Part shown: positions 36,920 to 45,793 of the stretch, piece after piece
How positions within the stretch are numbered: position 1 is the first letter of the stretch
Layout of the letters: each line of letters begins with the position of its first letter
From: a virus
IMG/VR virus record: IMGVR_UViG_3300020185_000025
Span: 1 to 64,000 of that record
DNA length: 64,000 bases
Direction: 5' to 3' (one strand)
Program-made: the position numbers and the translations under genes
Notes under the pieces: generated by a model
Told to the model about the DNA's origin: nothing
The model's input: the letters and a program-made list of their open reading frames with translations, nothing else
Databases searched by the model: none

Positions 36920-37213
36920 ATGATACGTAGTGATAGAGGTGAAAGGAAACTAGATTGGTATGTCAAATGGTTGGCATCAATGTTGGTTATGACAGCAATA
37001 TGCGCAAGAGCGGCAGGTCCTGAGTGGAGAGATATAGATTTAATCGCAGGAACTTGTGGTATTGCTTTATGGTTATGGGTATCATTACTTTGGGAAGATA
37101 GAGCACTTATATTATTAAATGGTGTTTCTTTCTTTGTACTTTGTGTTGGAATATTAAAAGAATTTGGACCACTCATGCAAAAGTTTCAATTAATTGCATG
37201 GTTGGTAGGATAA
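36920..37213 (+). CDS. small membrane protein
   Basis: DWYVKWLAS...WEDRALILLN. Confidence 0.65.
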   Translation: MIRSDRGERKLDWYVKWLASMLVMTAICARAAGPEWRDIDLIAGTCGIALWLWVSLLWEDRALILLNGVSFFVLCVGILKEFGPLMQKFQLIAWLVG

Positions 37214-37223
37214 GTTTACGCGC

Positions 37224-37300
37224 GCGTTTGTAGCTCAGATGGATAGAGCATTGGTCTACGAAACCAAGGGTCAGGAGTTCGAATCTCTTCAAGCGCGCCA
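37224..37300 (+). tRNA. tRNA-Arg (ACG)
   Basis: Anticodon arm TTGGT-CTACGAA-ACCAA; GTTCGAAT; CCA. Confidence 0.93.
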
Positions 37301-37302
37301 AT

Positions 37303-37378
37303 GCTCCCTTAGCTCAGCAGGCAGAGCAGCTGATTTGTAATCAGCAGGTCGTTGGTTCGATTCCGACAGGGAGCTCCA
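37303..37378 (+). tRNA. tRNA-Thr (TGT)
   Basis: Anticodon arm GCTGA-TTTGTAA-TCAGC; GTTCGATT; CCA. Confidence 0.93.
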
Positions 37379-37381
37379 CTA

Positions 37382-37410
37382 TTGACAAGTGAATGAAAGT
37401 TTGTTATAAT
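37382..37410 (+). promoter_or_regulatory. sigma70 promoter
   Basis: TTGACA-N17-TATAAT. Confidence 0.85.
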
Positions 37411-37443
37411 AGACAAAATTTATTTAAACAGGAATATATAACA

Positions 37444-37728
37444 ATGGAAACCCAAGAAAAGAGTAATTTGTTAAACGCACTAAAAGCTGGTGTAGTAACA
37501 GTTGTATTTAAAAAAATTAATACCGATGAGATTCGTATTATGCCTTGTACTTTGAATCAAGAAGTCTTGACCGAAAACAAAGTGAAAATGAATGTTAAGG
37601 ATATTGATTTAGAAACAGAACATTTTGCCGCTTGGGCAATTGATAAAGAAGCTTGGAGATCATTCCGTTTGGATACTGTTGTATCTTGGGAAGTAGGATT
37701 TCCATCAGCGGAGGCAGTGAATGGCTAA
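37444..37728 (+). CDS. SH3/WYL-like hypothetical protein
   Basis: VTVVFKK...R.M.CTL...WRSFRLD; start at METQEK. Confidence 0.65.
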   Translation: METQEKSNLLNALKAGVVTVVFKKINTDEIRIMPCTLNQEVLTENKVKMNVKDIDLETEHFAAWAIDKEAWRSFRLDTVVSWEVGFPSAEAVNG

Positions 37729-38014
37729 ATGGCCGAAAAGACAACCATGGCATGATGGTGTTAGGATGCAATTCGATTATGAAGATTATATCATGTCGGT
37801 TGTAAAATTTACAGGTTCCTATGGATATAAAAAAGGTCTATGGGAAGTTGCTTTTATGGATGTAGATACTCGGGACTTTGTAGATCCACCTTTAGACTTC
37901 TTATCAGAATACTATAACCCAGACCCAGGTATATATGGATCACTGAATGATCCTGATGTTGACCGCTGCCATAAATCGCTGTCACTGATATCTAATTACA
38001 TAGGAGAGCACTAA
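37721..38014 (+). CDS. hypothetical protein
   Basis: SVV...SYG.K.GLWEVA. Confidence 0.65.
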   Translation: MAKWPKRQPWHDGVRMQFDYEDYIMSVVKFTGSYGYKKGLWEVAFMDVDTRDFVDPPLDFLSEYYNPDPGIYGSLNDPDVDRCHKSLSLISNYIGEH

Positions 38015-38217
38015 TGCCAATCAAATTAAGACCGAGTTCGACACTTAGAGATAAAGCGTCGGGCAAAAAAGTAACACAACATTCGTATATGAAATCAACT
38101 CCTTTAAAGGAACTGTTGGACGTATATACAAAATCAAATACACAACCAAAGATTCGTCAAAAGGTTCGTAACGAGCTTGTAAGACGTAAGGCAGAAATAC
38201 CTGCATTGGAGATCTAA
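38014..38217 (+). CDS. small basic hypothetical protein
   Basis: Coupled ORF. Confidence 0.6.
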   Translation: MPIKLRPSSTLRDKASGKKVTQHSYMKSTPLKELLDVYTKSNTQPKIRQKVRNELVRRKAEIPALEI

Positions 38218-38420
38218 TGTTAAATTGGCTTGACGAATTTTTAGACAAAACATCATATTGGTCAATACAGGCGCTTATATGGATTGGTGTATCTTTTTGG
38301 ATACTATTTTTTGTTATATTAATTGGGTCTCAATTTTTTGAAGACGATCCTATTGTTGGTGAAACATATCACGGAGTAATAATTCGCGAAAGCGATTTGG
38401 AGAAAGAAGAAAATGAGTAG
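38217..38420 (+). CDS. small membrane protein
   Basis: Single TM helix. Confidence 0.6.
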   Translation: MLNWLDEFLDKTSYWSIQALIWIGVSFWILFFVILIGSQFFEDDPIVGETYHGVIIRESDLEKEENE

Positions 38421-38619
38421 AACAGCAAACATTCGTAGAGAACAAGTAGCAGGCACTAATGAATCAGGTTCAAGCGGACCAGATTTAATGTTTGTAGTTG
38501 ATCTTATGGAAAATGGGCAAGTTATTGAAACAAGACGCCTTCCAGGTAAAAGCAGATCTTATGCAGTAGATGTAGTTGAGAATTGGGAGAATGGATTAAT
38601 TCAGCTTCTGATTGATTAG
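38413..38619 (+). CDS. hypothetical protein
   Basis: Coupled ORF. Confidence 0.6.
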   Translation: MSRTANIRREQVAGTNESGSSGPDLMFVVDLMENGQVIETRRLPGKSRSYAVDVVENWENGLIQLLID

Positions 38620-38627
38620 TATAAATA
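38620..38627 (+). promoter_or_regulatory. late promoter
   Basis: TATAAATA before structural-type genes. Confidence 0.7.
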
Positions 38628-38654
38628 ATTAATCAAACTATAGGCATATATTAA

Positions 38655-39332
38655 ATGGCATTACAAACCAGCGGCTCGATTTCAATGGCTCAAATCTCTG
38701 GAGAGTTTGGTCTTGGCTATGCGATATCATCCTACTATAGAGATAGTTCAGATCCATACATTGGGACGATTCCTACGAGTGGTACTATTAGTTATTCTAA
38801 TTTCTATGGCTCAAGTAAAAGAACCGCAAGACTAAGATCTGGCCGCGGATCAACTTCGTTCTCAGGAACATACACTTACAGAAGAATAGGTTGGAGTGTT
38901 GCGAATGGAGCAAGAGAATGGCATCCTGAGTCAGGGTCATCGACTGGTGCAATTGGTTCAGCAACTCGAAGAAACAATTTATCTACGACAGCTGTACTTG
39001 GCGGTATTCATTACTTTGCATACGGCAGTCATAGACATATAACGATCTCTCACCAATCAAGTTCAAATAGTGGTTGGACATATGCCGATTTCAAAATACC
39101 AACTTACAATAGTTCATACACCGTTAGAACAATTCGTAGAGCATCCTCAAGCGGAAGTGGCGGAACATACAGAGGATTTAGAAGACAGTATGGTAATTCA
39201 ACTCAACGAACTTATTACCATTGGTCATGGTCTTATGAAGCATCTCAGTCAACCGGTGCGCTTGGCGTGATTGGCAATGGATTAGTATTTGCGTACCAAC
39301 GCGGACAAGATTGGTTCGTGAATTTTAGATAA
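38655..39332 (+). CDS. putative tail-fibre tip / adhesin-like virion protein
   Basis: MALQTSGSIS...EFG...ISYSNFYG N-terminal motif; Ser/Gly/Thr/Tyr-rich. Confidence 0.55.
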   Translation: MALQTSGSISMAQISGEFGLGYAISSYYRDSSDPYIGTIPTSGTISYSNFYGSSKRTARLRSGRGSTSFSGTYTYRRIGWSVANGAREWHPESGSSTGAIGSATRRNNLSTTAVLGGIHYFAYGSHRHITISHQSSSNSGWTYADFKIPTYNSSYTVRTIRRASSSGSGGTYRGFRRQYGNSTQRTYYHWSWSYEASQSTGALGVIGNGLVFAYQRGQDWFVNFR

Positions 39333-39346
39333 TTAAAGGAAACAAT

Positions 39347-39883
39347 ATGATAACATATAAAATTTTACAATATAACTTAGTCGAAAAATGGGCTCAGATT
39401 AGATACAGCAAACCAAACGAACCAGATTTCTTTCTTCAAACAATTCTTGAAGATGGAGATTTTAGTGAAGATGCTTTACATGCAGATTGTGCCGAAAGAG
39501 CAACTGAAGCTCAAGAATATTGGGCTGCTCGACGTGCAACCGCAGAAGTAACATTAGAATCCGATGAAGGCAACGTTGGTAATATTGTAGTAGAGGATAT
39601 GCCAGAATTTGATATTCTTACTCAGGACTGTCAACGAGTTAAAACGGTTGATGGAGATACAACAACATATTCATGGAATATAGTTGCTTTAACCGATGAG
39701 GCAATTGGTATGAATATCAGAATGCAAAGAGACGATCTATTACATCATACTGATCACCACGCCTTACAAGATAGAGGTACTATGACTGCAGCAATGATTG
39801 CTTATCGTCAAGCATTACGTGATATTACAGATCAAGAAGGTTATCCTTTATCAGTAACTTGGCCAACGGAACCTATAGACTAA
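39347..39883 (+). CDS. tail fibre assembly chaperone-like protein
   Basis: R.QRD.LL..TD...YRQALRDIT.Q.GYP..V.WP. Confidence 0.75.
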   Translation: MITYKILQYNLVEKWAQIRYSKPNEPDFFLQTILEDGDFSEDALHADCAERATEAQEYWAARRATAEVTLESDEGNVGNIVVEDMPEFDILTQDCQRVKTVDGDTTTYSWNIVALTDEAIGMNIRMQRDDLLHHTDHHALQDRGTMTAAMIAYRQALRDITDQEGYPLSVTWPTEPID

Positions 39884-39884
39884 T

Positions 39885-40961
39885 ATGTCAGGAACAGTTA
39901 AATTCTACGCTCTATGCTGTCGTAACACGTTAGCATTACAGAGACAAATCGAAACAATTCCAAAAGAAGATCTTATTGTTATTATTAATACATTAGATTC
40001 TGATTTTGAAACTGCTGCAGCTGCATGGTGTTCTTCTGAAAGTATTGAACATTATATTACTGTAAGTGATGGTACTGCAGCAACAGGAAAGAATTCTGTC
40101 TTCGATAATTTTGCTGCTTCCGACCACGATTATATGGTTCTTATTGATGGTGATGATTATTTAACAAACCATGGAGTTTGGACATACAAACAAATAGCAG
40201 GAATGGATACTCCACCTGATGTTGTTGCTTTAGAATATCAAATAGGAATTAAGAATTCATACGGTAACGATCCAATCAGTTGTTCTTTAGGTCCTGAACC
40301 TACTATCGGTGATAATCTTGACTCAAGAAGAATTTCAGGAATGGTTGTAAGACCGTTTCATTTCCCAAAGGAATGGTGGACAACTGCAAGAGCAGGTACA
40401 CAAGTAGAAGTTACTGAATGGGATGTTGACGATTTCGCAGAAAGATTATCAGGTGTACATCAACGGTGGTCAAACCATTGTTACGACTACATTAATAATT
40501 GGGAAGTACATTGTCGTTTAGTGTTCTTTTCAAAAGCAGCAATTAATACAGGAATAAGATTTGATCCTACCTTTATTGTTGGAGAAGACACCGTACTTTA
40601 TTTTGAATATAAACATTTACATAATCAAGGTAGTCTTGTAATGAAAAGTTTATTTGATAGATACCCAACTTACGTATATGATACAAGAATAGGCGGAGTG
40701 GTTGAAACAGAAAAAGATAAAGAAGGACATGATGTCGGTTGGTTAAATTGGTTGTCTATATTAACAGACAAGTATGACGAGCTCGAATCAGCAGGTAAAA
40801 TGCATTCAGCAAAAATACCTGAGTTAAAAGTATTTACAGTTCCAGAATCGGAAGATTCGGTTTTCACAGCAAGTGATTGGGATATAGTATGGCCTGATGG
40901 TTATATTCCAGATGTGGATAACTTAGTTAATTACCCAGGCAAATTGAAAATTAAATTTTAA
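39885..40961 (+). CDS. putative GT-A fold glycosyltransferase
   Basis: GKNSV, LIDGDD, GED motifs. Confidence 0.5.
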   Translation: MSGTVKFYALCCRNTLALQRQIETIPKEDLIVIINTLDSDFETAAAAWCSSESIEHYITVSDGTAATGKNSVFDNFAASDHDYMVLIDGDDYLTNHGVWTYKQIAGMDTPPDVVALEYQIGIKNSYGNDPISCSLGPEPTIGDNLDSRRISGMVVRPFHFPKEWWTTARAGTQVEVTEWDVDDFAERLSGVHQRWSNHCYDYINNWEVHCRLVFFSKAAINTGIRFDPTFIVGEDTVLYFEYKHLHNQGSLVMKSLFDRYPTYVYDTRIGGVVETEKDKEGHDVGWLNWLSILTDKYDELESAGKMHSAKIPELKVFTVPESEDSVFTASDWDIVWPDGYIPDVDNLVNYPGKLKIKF

Positions 40962-40970
40962 GGATATATT

Positions 40971-41231
40971 ATGGATTATAAAGGAAACAACGTTGAGACT
41001 ATTACTCATTCAAAAAAGATAATGCTAGATAGAGCAGCAAGACCTTACGACGGATTATCTGAAGGACCTTTCAAAGAATCTTTATCAAAGATGAACGGTG
41101 TATTTCGTAAAGAAGTAGTTTCGTATAGAATCAAAGATGGATATCTATATAGAGAAACAGCAATTAGGAATTTTACCGACGGTGACTATCATGATACCGT
41201 CAAAATTGAAACTCTACACTCCGTAGAGTAA
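40971..41231 (+). CDS. hypothetical protein
   Basis: ORF with SD. Confidence 0.6.
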   Translation: MDYKGNNVETITHSKKIMLDRAARPYDGLSEGPFKESLSKMNGVFRKEVVSYRIKDGYLYRETAIRNFTDGDYHDTVKIETLHSVE

Positions 41232-41239
41232 TAAAGAAT

Positions 41240-41283
41240 TTGGTCGGAAACGACTAATATGAGATTGTCAGCAATGGCGATCT
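41240..41283 (+). other. tandem GNRA-capped hairpins in porin leader
   Basis: TTGGTCG-GAAA-CGACTAA and AGATTGTCA-GCAA-TGGCGATCT. Confidence 0.6.
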
Positions 41284-41317
41284 ATTTTACTATGTTAATA
41301 ATAAGGAGAATTATATT

Positions 41318-41941
41318 ATGAAAAACATATTCGCAGCATTTCTATTAATGCTATCAACAACTGCATTCGCAGACCTCAGTGGTTCAGCCACTATCACAAA
41401 CGATTACGTATGGAGAGGAATGACTCAAGGCGCAGAGAATGCCCTTCAAGTCGGAATCGACTACAACAACGACAAAGGATTTTATATTGGTGCATGGACA
41501 TCAGATGTAGATTTCGGTGGAGAAGTTGACCGTGAAGTGGATCTATATGCAGGGTGGAGTGGAGCTCTTGTAGACGGAGTACTTGATGTAACTGTTGGTT
41601 ATATTAAATACGACTATCAAGGCGATGCTTTTGATTTCGAAGAGTATTTGGTTGGATTCAGTAGTAATGGTTTTACAGTAAACTATTATGATACTGTTGA
41701 TTCAGATACATATACAGTCGAAGCAATCTATGCAGTACCATTTATTACAGTGGTAGATGTTGAACTAATTGGCTATGAGATTGGTGGAGAAGGTACGGAA
41801 GTATTCGGACAATTCCAAGACTCGGTTGGTCTTAGATTAACAAAAGAACTTAATGATAGGTTCTCTGTAGGTTTTAATGTTGGTCAAGATTTAGTGGCTG
41901 ACAGTAATTACTATGCCTTTAGCGTAAGCGCAAGTCTGTAA
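41318..41941 (+). CDS. outer-membrane beta-barrel, TorF/Gcw_chp-like putative porin
   Basis: Signal peptide, NDYVWRG.TQ, GFYIGAW, EVDLYAGW. Confidence 0.8.
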   Translation: MKNIFAAFLLMLSTTAFADLSGSATITNDYVWRGMTQGAENALQVGIDYNNDKGFYIGAWTSDVDFGGEVDREVDLYAGWSGALVDGVLDVTVGYIKYDYQGDAFDFEEYLVGFSSNGFTVNYYDTVDSDTYTVEAIYAVPFITVVDVELIGYEIGGEGTEVFGQFQDSVGLRLTKELNDRFSVGFNVGQDLVADSNYYAFSVSASL

Positions 41942-41958
41942 TTAGAACCAAATAAATT

Positions 41959-41985
41959 GGGGGACTATATGTCCCCTTTTTTATT
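41959..41985 (+). terminator. intrinsic terminator
   Basis: GGGGAC-TATAT-GTCCCC followed by TTTTTT between convergent genes. Confidence 0.75.
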
Positions 41986-42304
41986 TCTTAGAGTAAGCTT
42001 GTGCACCAAAGAAGGCAGCAACAATACCAGCAACTGCTACAAAGTATGTAGGAGCCATTGAACCTAAAGTCTTTTGAGCTTCGTCAAGTCCTACTAACGA
42101 CGCAAGTACTACAGCAAATGGATATAGCAATAATCCACCTAATGCAAACCAAGTCATTTTACGTTGCGCATCTCGCATTGCATCTTGATCGTCGAGTTCT
42201 TTTCTTTTGAACTCTAAATACATTTTCTCTTCTTCCGAAGATACCTTACCGTCACCGTTAGTATCTGCTGGGTGATGTCCTGCTGCTTTTAATTCTTCTT
42301 CCAT
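41981..42304 (-). CDS. two-TM membrane protein with EF-hand-like loop (holin-like)
   Basis: DTNGDGKVSSEE plus two TM helices. Confidence 0.55.
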   Translation of the reverse strand: MEEELKAAGHHPADTNGDGKVSSEEEKMYLEFKRKELDDQDAMRDAQRKMTWFALGGLLLYPFAVVLASLVGLDEAQKTLGSMAPTYFVAVAGIVAAFFGAQAYSKK

Positions 42305-42477
42305 TGTTCTTCCTTATAATTATTCCACGTATATTGTGGTTCGTGTGTTAGTCCTGCGTAAACCCCACCACCAATTAATACCAAAGATAATATCAAACCG
42401 TACCAAGTCATAGGATCGCTCCAGTCTTGGCCGGCTTGAATAGGCTTACGAGAATTTCCTCGCAAATCCTTTGACAT
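42289..42477 (-). CDS. small membrane protein
   Basis: Single TM. Confidence 0.5.
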   Translation of the reverse strand: MSKDLRGNSRKPIQAGQDWSDPMTWYGLILSLVLIGGGVYAGLTHEPQYTWNNYKEEQWKKN

Positions 42478-42480
42478 ACA

Positions 42481-42636
42481 TTAGTCTTCCTTCTTCCATA
42501 TAGTCCATGCACCATACGCAATAAGACCCCAACCTATTAAGCTTGTTGGAATTAGTATCATTACAATACCGCCGCCGATAGCAACAGCTCCATCTAGTGA
42601 AGTTCTTTCTTTAAGTCTAGCTTTTAACCAATCCAT
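42481..42636 (-). CDS. small membrane protein
   Basis: MDWLKARLKERTSLDG...YGAWTIWKKED; GAGGAG SD. Confidence 0.6.
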   Translation of the reverse strand: MDWLKARLKERTSLDGAVAIGGGIVMILIPTSLIGWGLIAYGAWTIWKKED

Positions 42637-42647
42637 ATCTTTCTCCT

Positions 42648-42968
42648 CTATGTTTTGAATTGAACAGAAACACCACACCCACAAGAAGATTCCTCCTGTG
42701 GATTAATAATCTTAAAACTTTCGTTCAGTCCTATTTTAGCCCAATCTAATATTGAGCCATTTAAAAACGGTAATGATTTTTCATCAATTACTATTTTAAA
42801 CTTTCCGTAATCTGTTATAGTATCATCGCTATTAATTTCGTCAGCATAATCAATAACGTACTCCCAGCCAGCGCAGCCGCTAGGAATAATGCCAATCCTA
42901 ATATCGCTAGACGACGATCCTGCCGTTCTTTCAATCGCTTTAGATAGTGCTGCATCTGTGAGCTCCAT
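42648..42968 (-). CDS. iscA: Fe-S cluster carrier protein IscA/HesB
   Basis: SGCAG, NP...SCGCG.S. Confidence 0.9.
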   Translation of the reverse strand: MELTDAALSKAIERTAGSSSSDIRIGIIPSGCAGWEYVIDYADEINSDDTITDYGKFKIVIDEKSLPFLNGSILDWAKIGLNESFKIINPQEESSCGCGVSVQFKT

Positions 42969-43342
42969 TACTTTTTGCGCTTCTTCTCAATTTTATCCAA
43001 TCTTATATTGATATCGTCAATTAAATTTTTCAACTCTGATGCTCCACCTGGTTCAATAGGTTTATGAGCAATTGATTCCATGAATTTAATTCTGGTTTCT
43101 AGCTCGTCAATCTTTCCTGTGATACGTGGATACTTTTTTCTCCATGCGTCAGGATCAGTTTGTAACCAAGTCCATCCCCATCTTACCGCTAAGTATTCCA
43201 AGAAAGAATCAAATTTACCAACAGCCCATAGAGCCATCCTTGTATCTTTAAACCAAAACAAGAATCCTGCACCGGCGATTGAACCTAAAATTGCTGTGTA
43301 GATCCATAGAGTATCGTCCGTTAGTCTCTCTAAAAGTTCCAT
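42968..43342 (-). CDS. membrane-anchored hypothetical protein
   Basis: N-terminal TM, C-terminal coiled coil. Confidence 0.6.
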   Translation of the reverse strand: MELLERLTDDTLWIYTAILGSIAGAGFLFWFKDTRMALWAVGKFDSFLEYLAVRWGWTWLQTDPDAWRKKYPRITGKIDELETRIKFMESIAHKPIEPGGASELKNLIDDINIRLDKIEKKRKK

Positions 43343-44088
43343 TAGTTATCCTTTGTATATTTTGTATAGTTATCCATTGAGTGGTCAGAAAGGCCGTCAA
43401 AAGGCTTTAATTGAATCCACGAAGTAGCAATTCCTCGTAGTTTATCTTTTAACTTTCTCCACCAAGCAAGGTTTTTGATAATCCCATTATAGTTAAAATA
43501 CATAACTTGGCCGTGATGTCGATAACCCATAAACCAAGGTGGTATAACAGTTACGAGGTCATTGTTATTTACAAAACGATAATGTTCAAGATCAGCACAC
43601 TCCTTTACGAATGCAGCATTACCAACTCTTGGTGATCCAAATGTATATAGAACGGGTTTGCGTTTAAGTAATCTCGAAGCAGCAATTGTTGCCATTGCTC
43701 CACCTAATGAATGACCGCATATAGAAATATGTTTTGTGGCATGCTTTGAAAGTACTTTCAGAACATCGTCCCAGATATCATCTATTTCGTTTTGGAATCC
43801 ATTATGTACCCAACCACCAACCTGAGCTTTATCAGGCCAAATGTTGAGATCTGCTTTAAGATCATTGAGTTCGGTAGGTTCTGTACCACGGCAGCATAGA
43901 ACAAACTCTTCTTTGTTCCATACACAATGAGCTTGTGCACCGTCATGGTCAATAAACTTATGACCGGTATAACCTAATTTTTTGAAGATAGGCTTTGCTG
44001 TTTTACCATCTTCGTAGGCAATCTTTGCCATTTCAGCGAATTTAATCGCCTCACTTTTTACATCACAAAATTGTACTTTCTGTTTCAT
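43342..44088 (-). CDS. lipase class 3
   Basis: RGTE, VHNGF, GHSLGG, TFGSPRVG, DHSM; start MKQKVQ with AGGAG SD. Confidence 0.88.
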   Translation of the reverse strand: MKQKVQFCDVKSEAIKFAEMAKIAYEDGKTAKPIFKKLGYTGHKFIDHDGAQAHCVWNKEEFVLCCRGTEPTELNDLKADLNIWPDKAQVGGWVHNGFQNEIDDIWDDVLKVLSKHATKHISICGHSLGGAMATIAASRLLKRKPVLYTFGSPRVGNAAFVKECADLEHYRFVNNNDLVTVIPPWFMGYRHHGQVMYFNYNGIIKNLAWWRKLKDKLRGIATSWIQLKPFDGLSDHSMDNYTKYTKDN

Positions 44089-44128
44089 GTGGTCTCCTAT
44101 TGAGATATATACAATTAAGTTCAACAAT

Positions 44129-44140
44129 TATTTATAAATA
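44129..44140. promoter_or_regulatory. palindromic bidirectional late promoter
   Basis: TATTTATAAATA gives TATAAATA on both strands between divergent operons. Confidence 0.7.
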
Positions 44141-44178
44141 GTTTCATATACAATATGAATTAAACTGAGAGGTATACT

Positions 44179-44802
44179 ATGTCAAACAATCTAAAAGAAT
44201 TAACTCGCCAACACCACGATAACGCAGAAAGAACAGAATTCGCAGAAATGCTACTATCGGGCAATATCAGCCCAAAACTATACCAAGAATATTTACACGC
44301 GCAATTACAAAACTATATGGTTTTAGAATCAGCCGTTGAAGTGCCTATGGAATTAGAACCTATATTTAGGTCAACATCAATTGAAGAAGACTTACAAGAA
44401 TTAGAAAACACGTTTGATCTTGAAGAAATTGAAGATAACTTCGAGTCAACATTAGAATATAATAAACATATACTAACTTTACTCGAGGAGGGTAATAATG
44501 AAGGTCTTCTTGCTCATCTATATGTGCGTCATTTTGGAGATGCTCATGGCGGACAAATCATCAAAAGAAACGTACCTGGGTCGGGTCTTATGTATGAATT
44601 CGAGAATAGAGCCGAACTTATTAAAAGCGTAAGAGAACTATTACACGACGGAATGGCTGACGAAGCAATGATTTGCTTTGAGTACGCAGAAAGATTATTT
44701 CATGAACTCATGGAAAATTATAGAAACAACGCTGAGAACTACGAACCTGAAGATTATGCAAGAGCAAGAACAATGGATGCGTGGGACGAAGATGATAGTT
44801 GA
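44179..44802 (+). CDS. hemO: heme oxygenase
   Basis: LKELT...H..AE, AHLYVRHFGDAHGGQII. Confidence 0.9.
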   Translation: MSNNLKELTRQHHDNAERTEFAEMLLSGNISPKLYQEYLHAQLQNYMVLESAVEVPMELEPIFRSTSIEEDLQELENTFDLEEIEDNFESTLEYNKHILTLLEEGNNEGLLAHLYVRHFGDAHGGQIIKRNVPGSGLMYEFENRAELIKSVRELLHDGMADEAMICFEYAERLFHELMENYRNNAENYEPEDYARARTMDAWDEDDS

Positions 44803-45493
44803 TTCGCCACTCTTTGACCAATTAAGAAAACTTGCTTCAACGTTAATTAACGATTTCGATTCAACGATGGAACGCGTTGAGAATAAGAAACACGTTGCTG
44901 ATCTAAATGGATGGAAGGATTACTTCTGGCATAGTAAGGAAATTCGTAAAGCCCATCTTAAGACAATTGAACCTGTAGGTAAGAACAAGTTATGGTTAAT
45001 GCATATCAATATCTTTCCGCGTGAAGGAGTTGATATACCTATCTTTGGTTTAGATATTGTTGCGAATCCAAAAAAGATTAGTGGTTGCTTTTGTGACTAC
45101 TCTCCAATTGATGAACTACAAAAACCCGACACTCATCCTTATATGATTAAGTTCAGAACAGCAACTGAAAATCTAGAATGGAAGAAAGAAAGAGTAATGC
45201 CTGACTGGGCGTTAGAGATCTTTTCGGAAAACATTGTAGGTGCTGGTGCAATTCGCGATGGAGAAGAAACCGAACAGTTAATTAACATGGCTTTAGAACT
45301 CTCAAGGTTCTACACAATGGAGATGGGCAATCCTCAATACAAAACTAGATGGATTAATACTCTCGAACGACAGAACAAGTATTGTGCAAAACAAAAGCTC
45401 AACCGAATGCTTCATAGTTCAATTTTGGCAATGGGAATTTCAGAGGAACGTAAGAATCAGTATGTAGAGAATGTCTTATTTGAAGAGATCTAG
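44792..45493 (+). CDS. ferredoxin-dependent bilin reductase (PcyA/PcyX-like)
   Basis: RKAHL, WLMH..IFP, PIFGLDIVA, DYSP, P.WA..IFS, QNKYC..QK.N. Confidence 0.85.
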   Translation: MIVDSPLFDQLRKLASTLINDFDSTMERVENKKHVADLNGWKDYFWHSKEIRKAHLKTIEPVGKNKLWLMHINIFPREGVDIPIFGLDIVANPKKISGCFCDYSPIDELQKPDTHPYMIKFRTATENLEWKKERVMPDWALEIFSENIVGAGAIRDGEETEQLINMALELSRFYTMEMGNPQYKTRWINTLERQNKYCAKQKLNRMLHSSILAMGISEERKNQYVENVLFEEI

Positions 45494-45578
45494 CATATAA
45501 CGAAATGTAATATATTAGATAACTAAATATAATGGATATTTATTCTTATTTTCCCTTCAAGTTTGTATATATAATCGC

Positions 45579-45593
45579 GTTACCATTGGTAAC
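45579..45593. promoter_or_regulatory. perfect palindrome just downstream of a -10 box (operator-like)
   Basis: GTTACCA-T-TGGTAAC after TATAAT 45570-45575. Confidence 0.5.
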
Positions 45594-45633
45594 ATGACTA
45601 TTAACCTTACGAATAATTCCTAGAAGGAGAGAA

Positions 45634-45780
45634 ATGACCACTTTGGCACTGAGAGCTGAAATCGAAAAATTGAAAAATAATGAGAAAGTCTGTAAGTTCT
45701 GCGAAATTACACAAGCCCTGTCTCTAATAACATTCCCTATCGTCCTACCGTTCTTTATCATCATGGCGTCATCTAATTAA
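45634..45780 (+). CDS. 48-aa membrane peptide (not in ORF track)
   Basis: AGGAGA SD; MTTLALRAEIEKLKNNEKVCKFCEITQALSLITFPIVLPFFIIMASSN*. Confidence 0.65.
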   Translation: MTTLALRAEIEKLKNNEKVCKFCEITQALSLITFPIVLPFFIIMASSN

Positions 45781-45793
45781 TTCAATAAATAGA

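Noticed and set aside
44179-45493. Cyanophage assignment from ho1/pcyA-like genes
   Set aside because: No photosystem or hli genes in the window; IbpA-type Hsp20 with ROSE-like leader, TorF-like porin and c-type cytochrome suggest a proteobacterial host (not proven)
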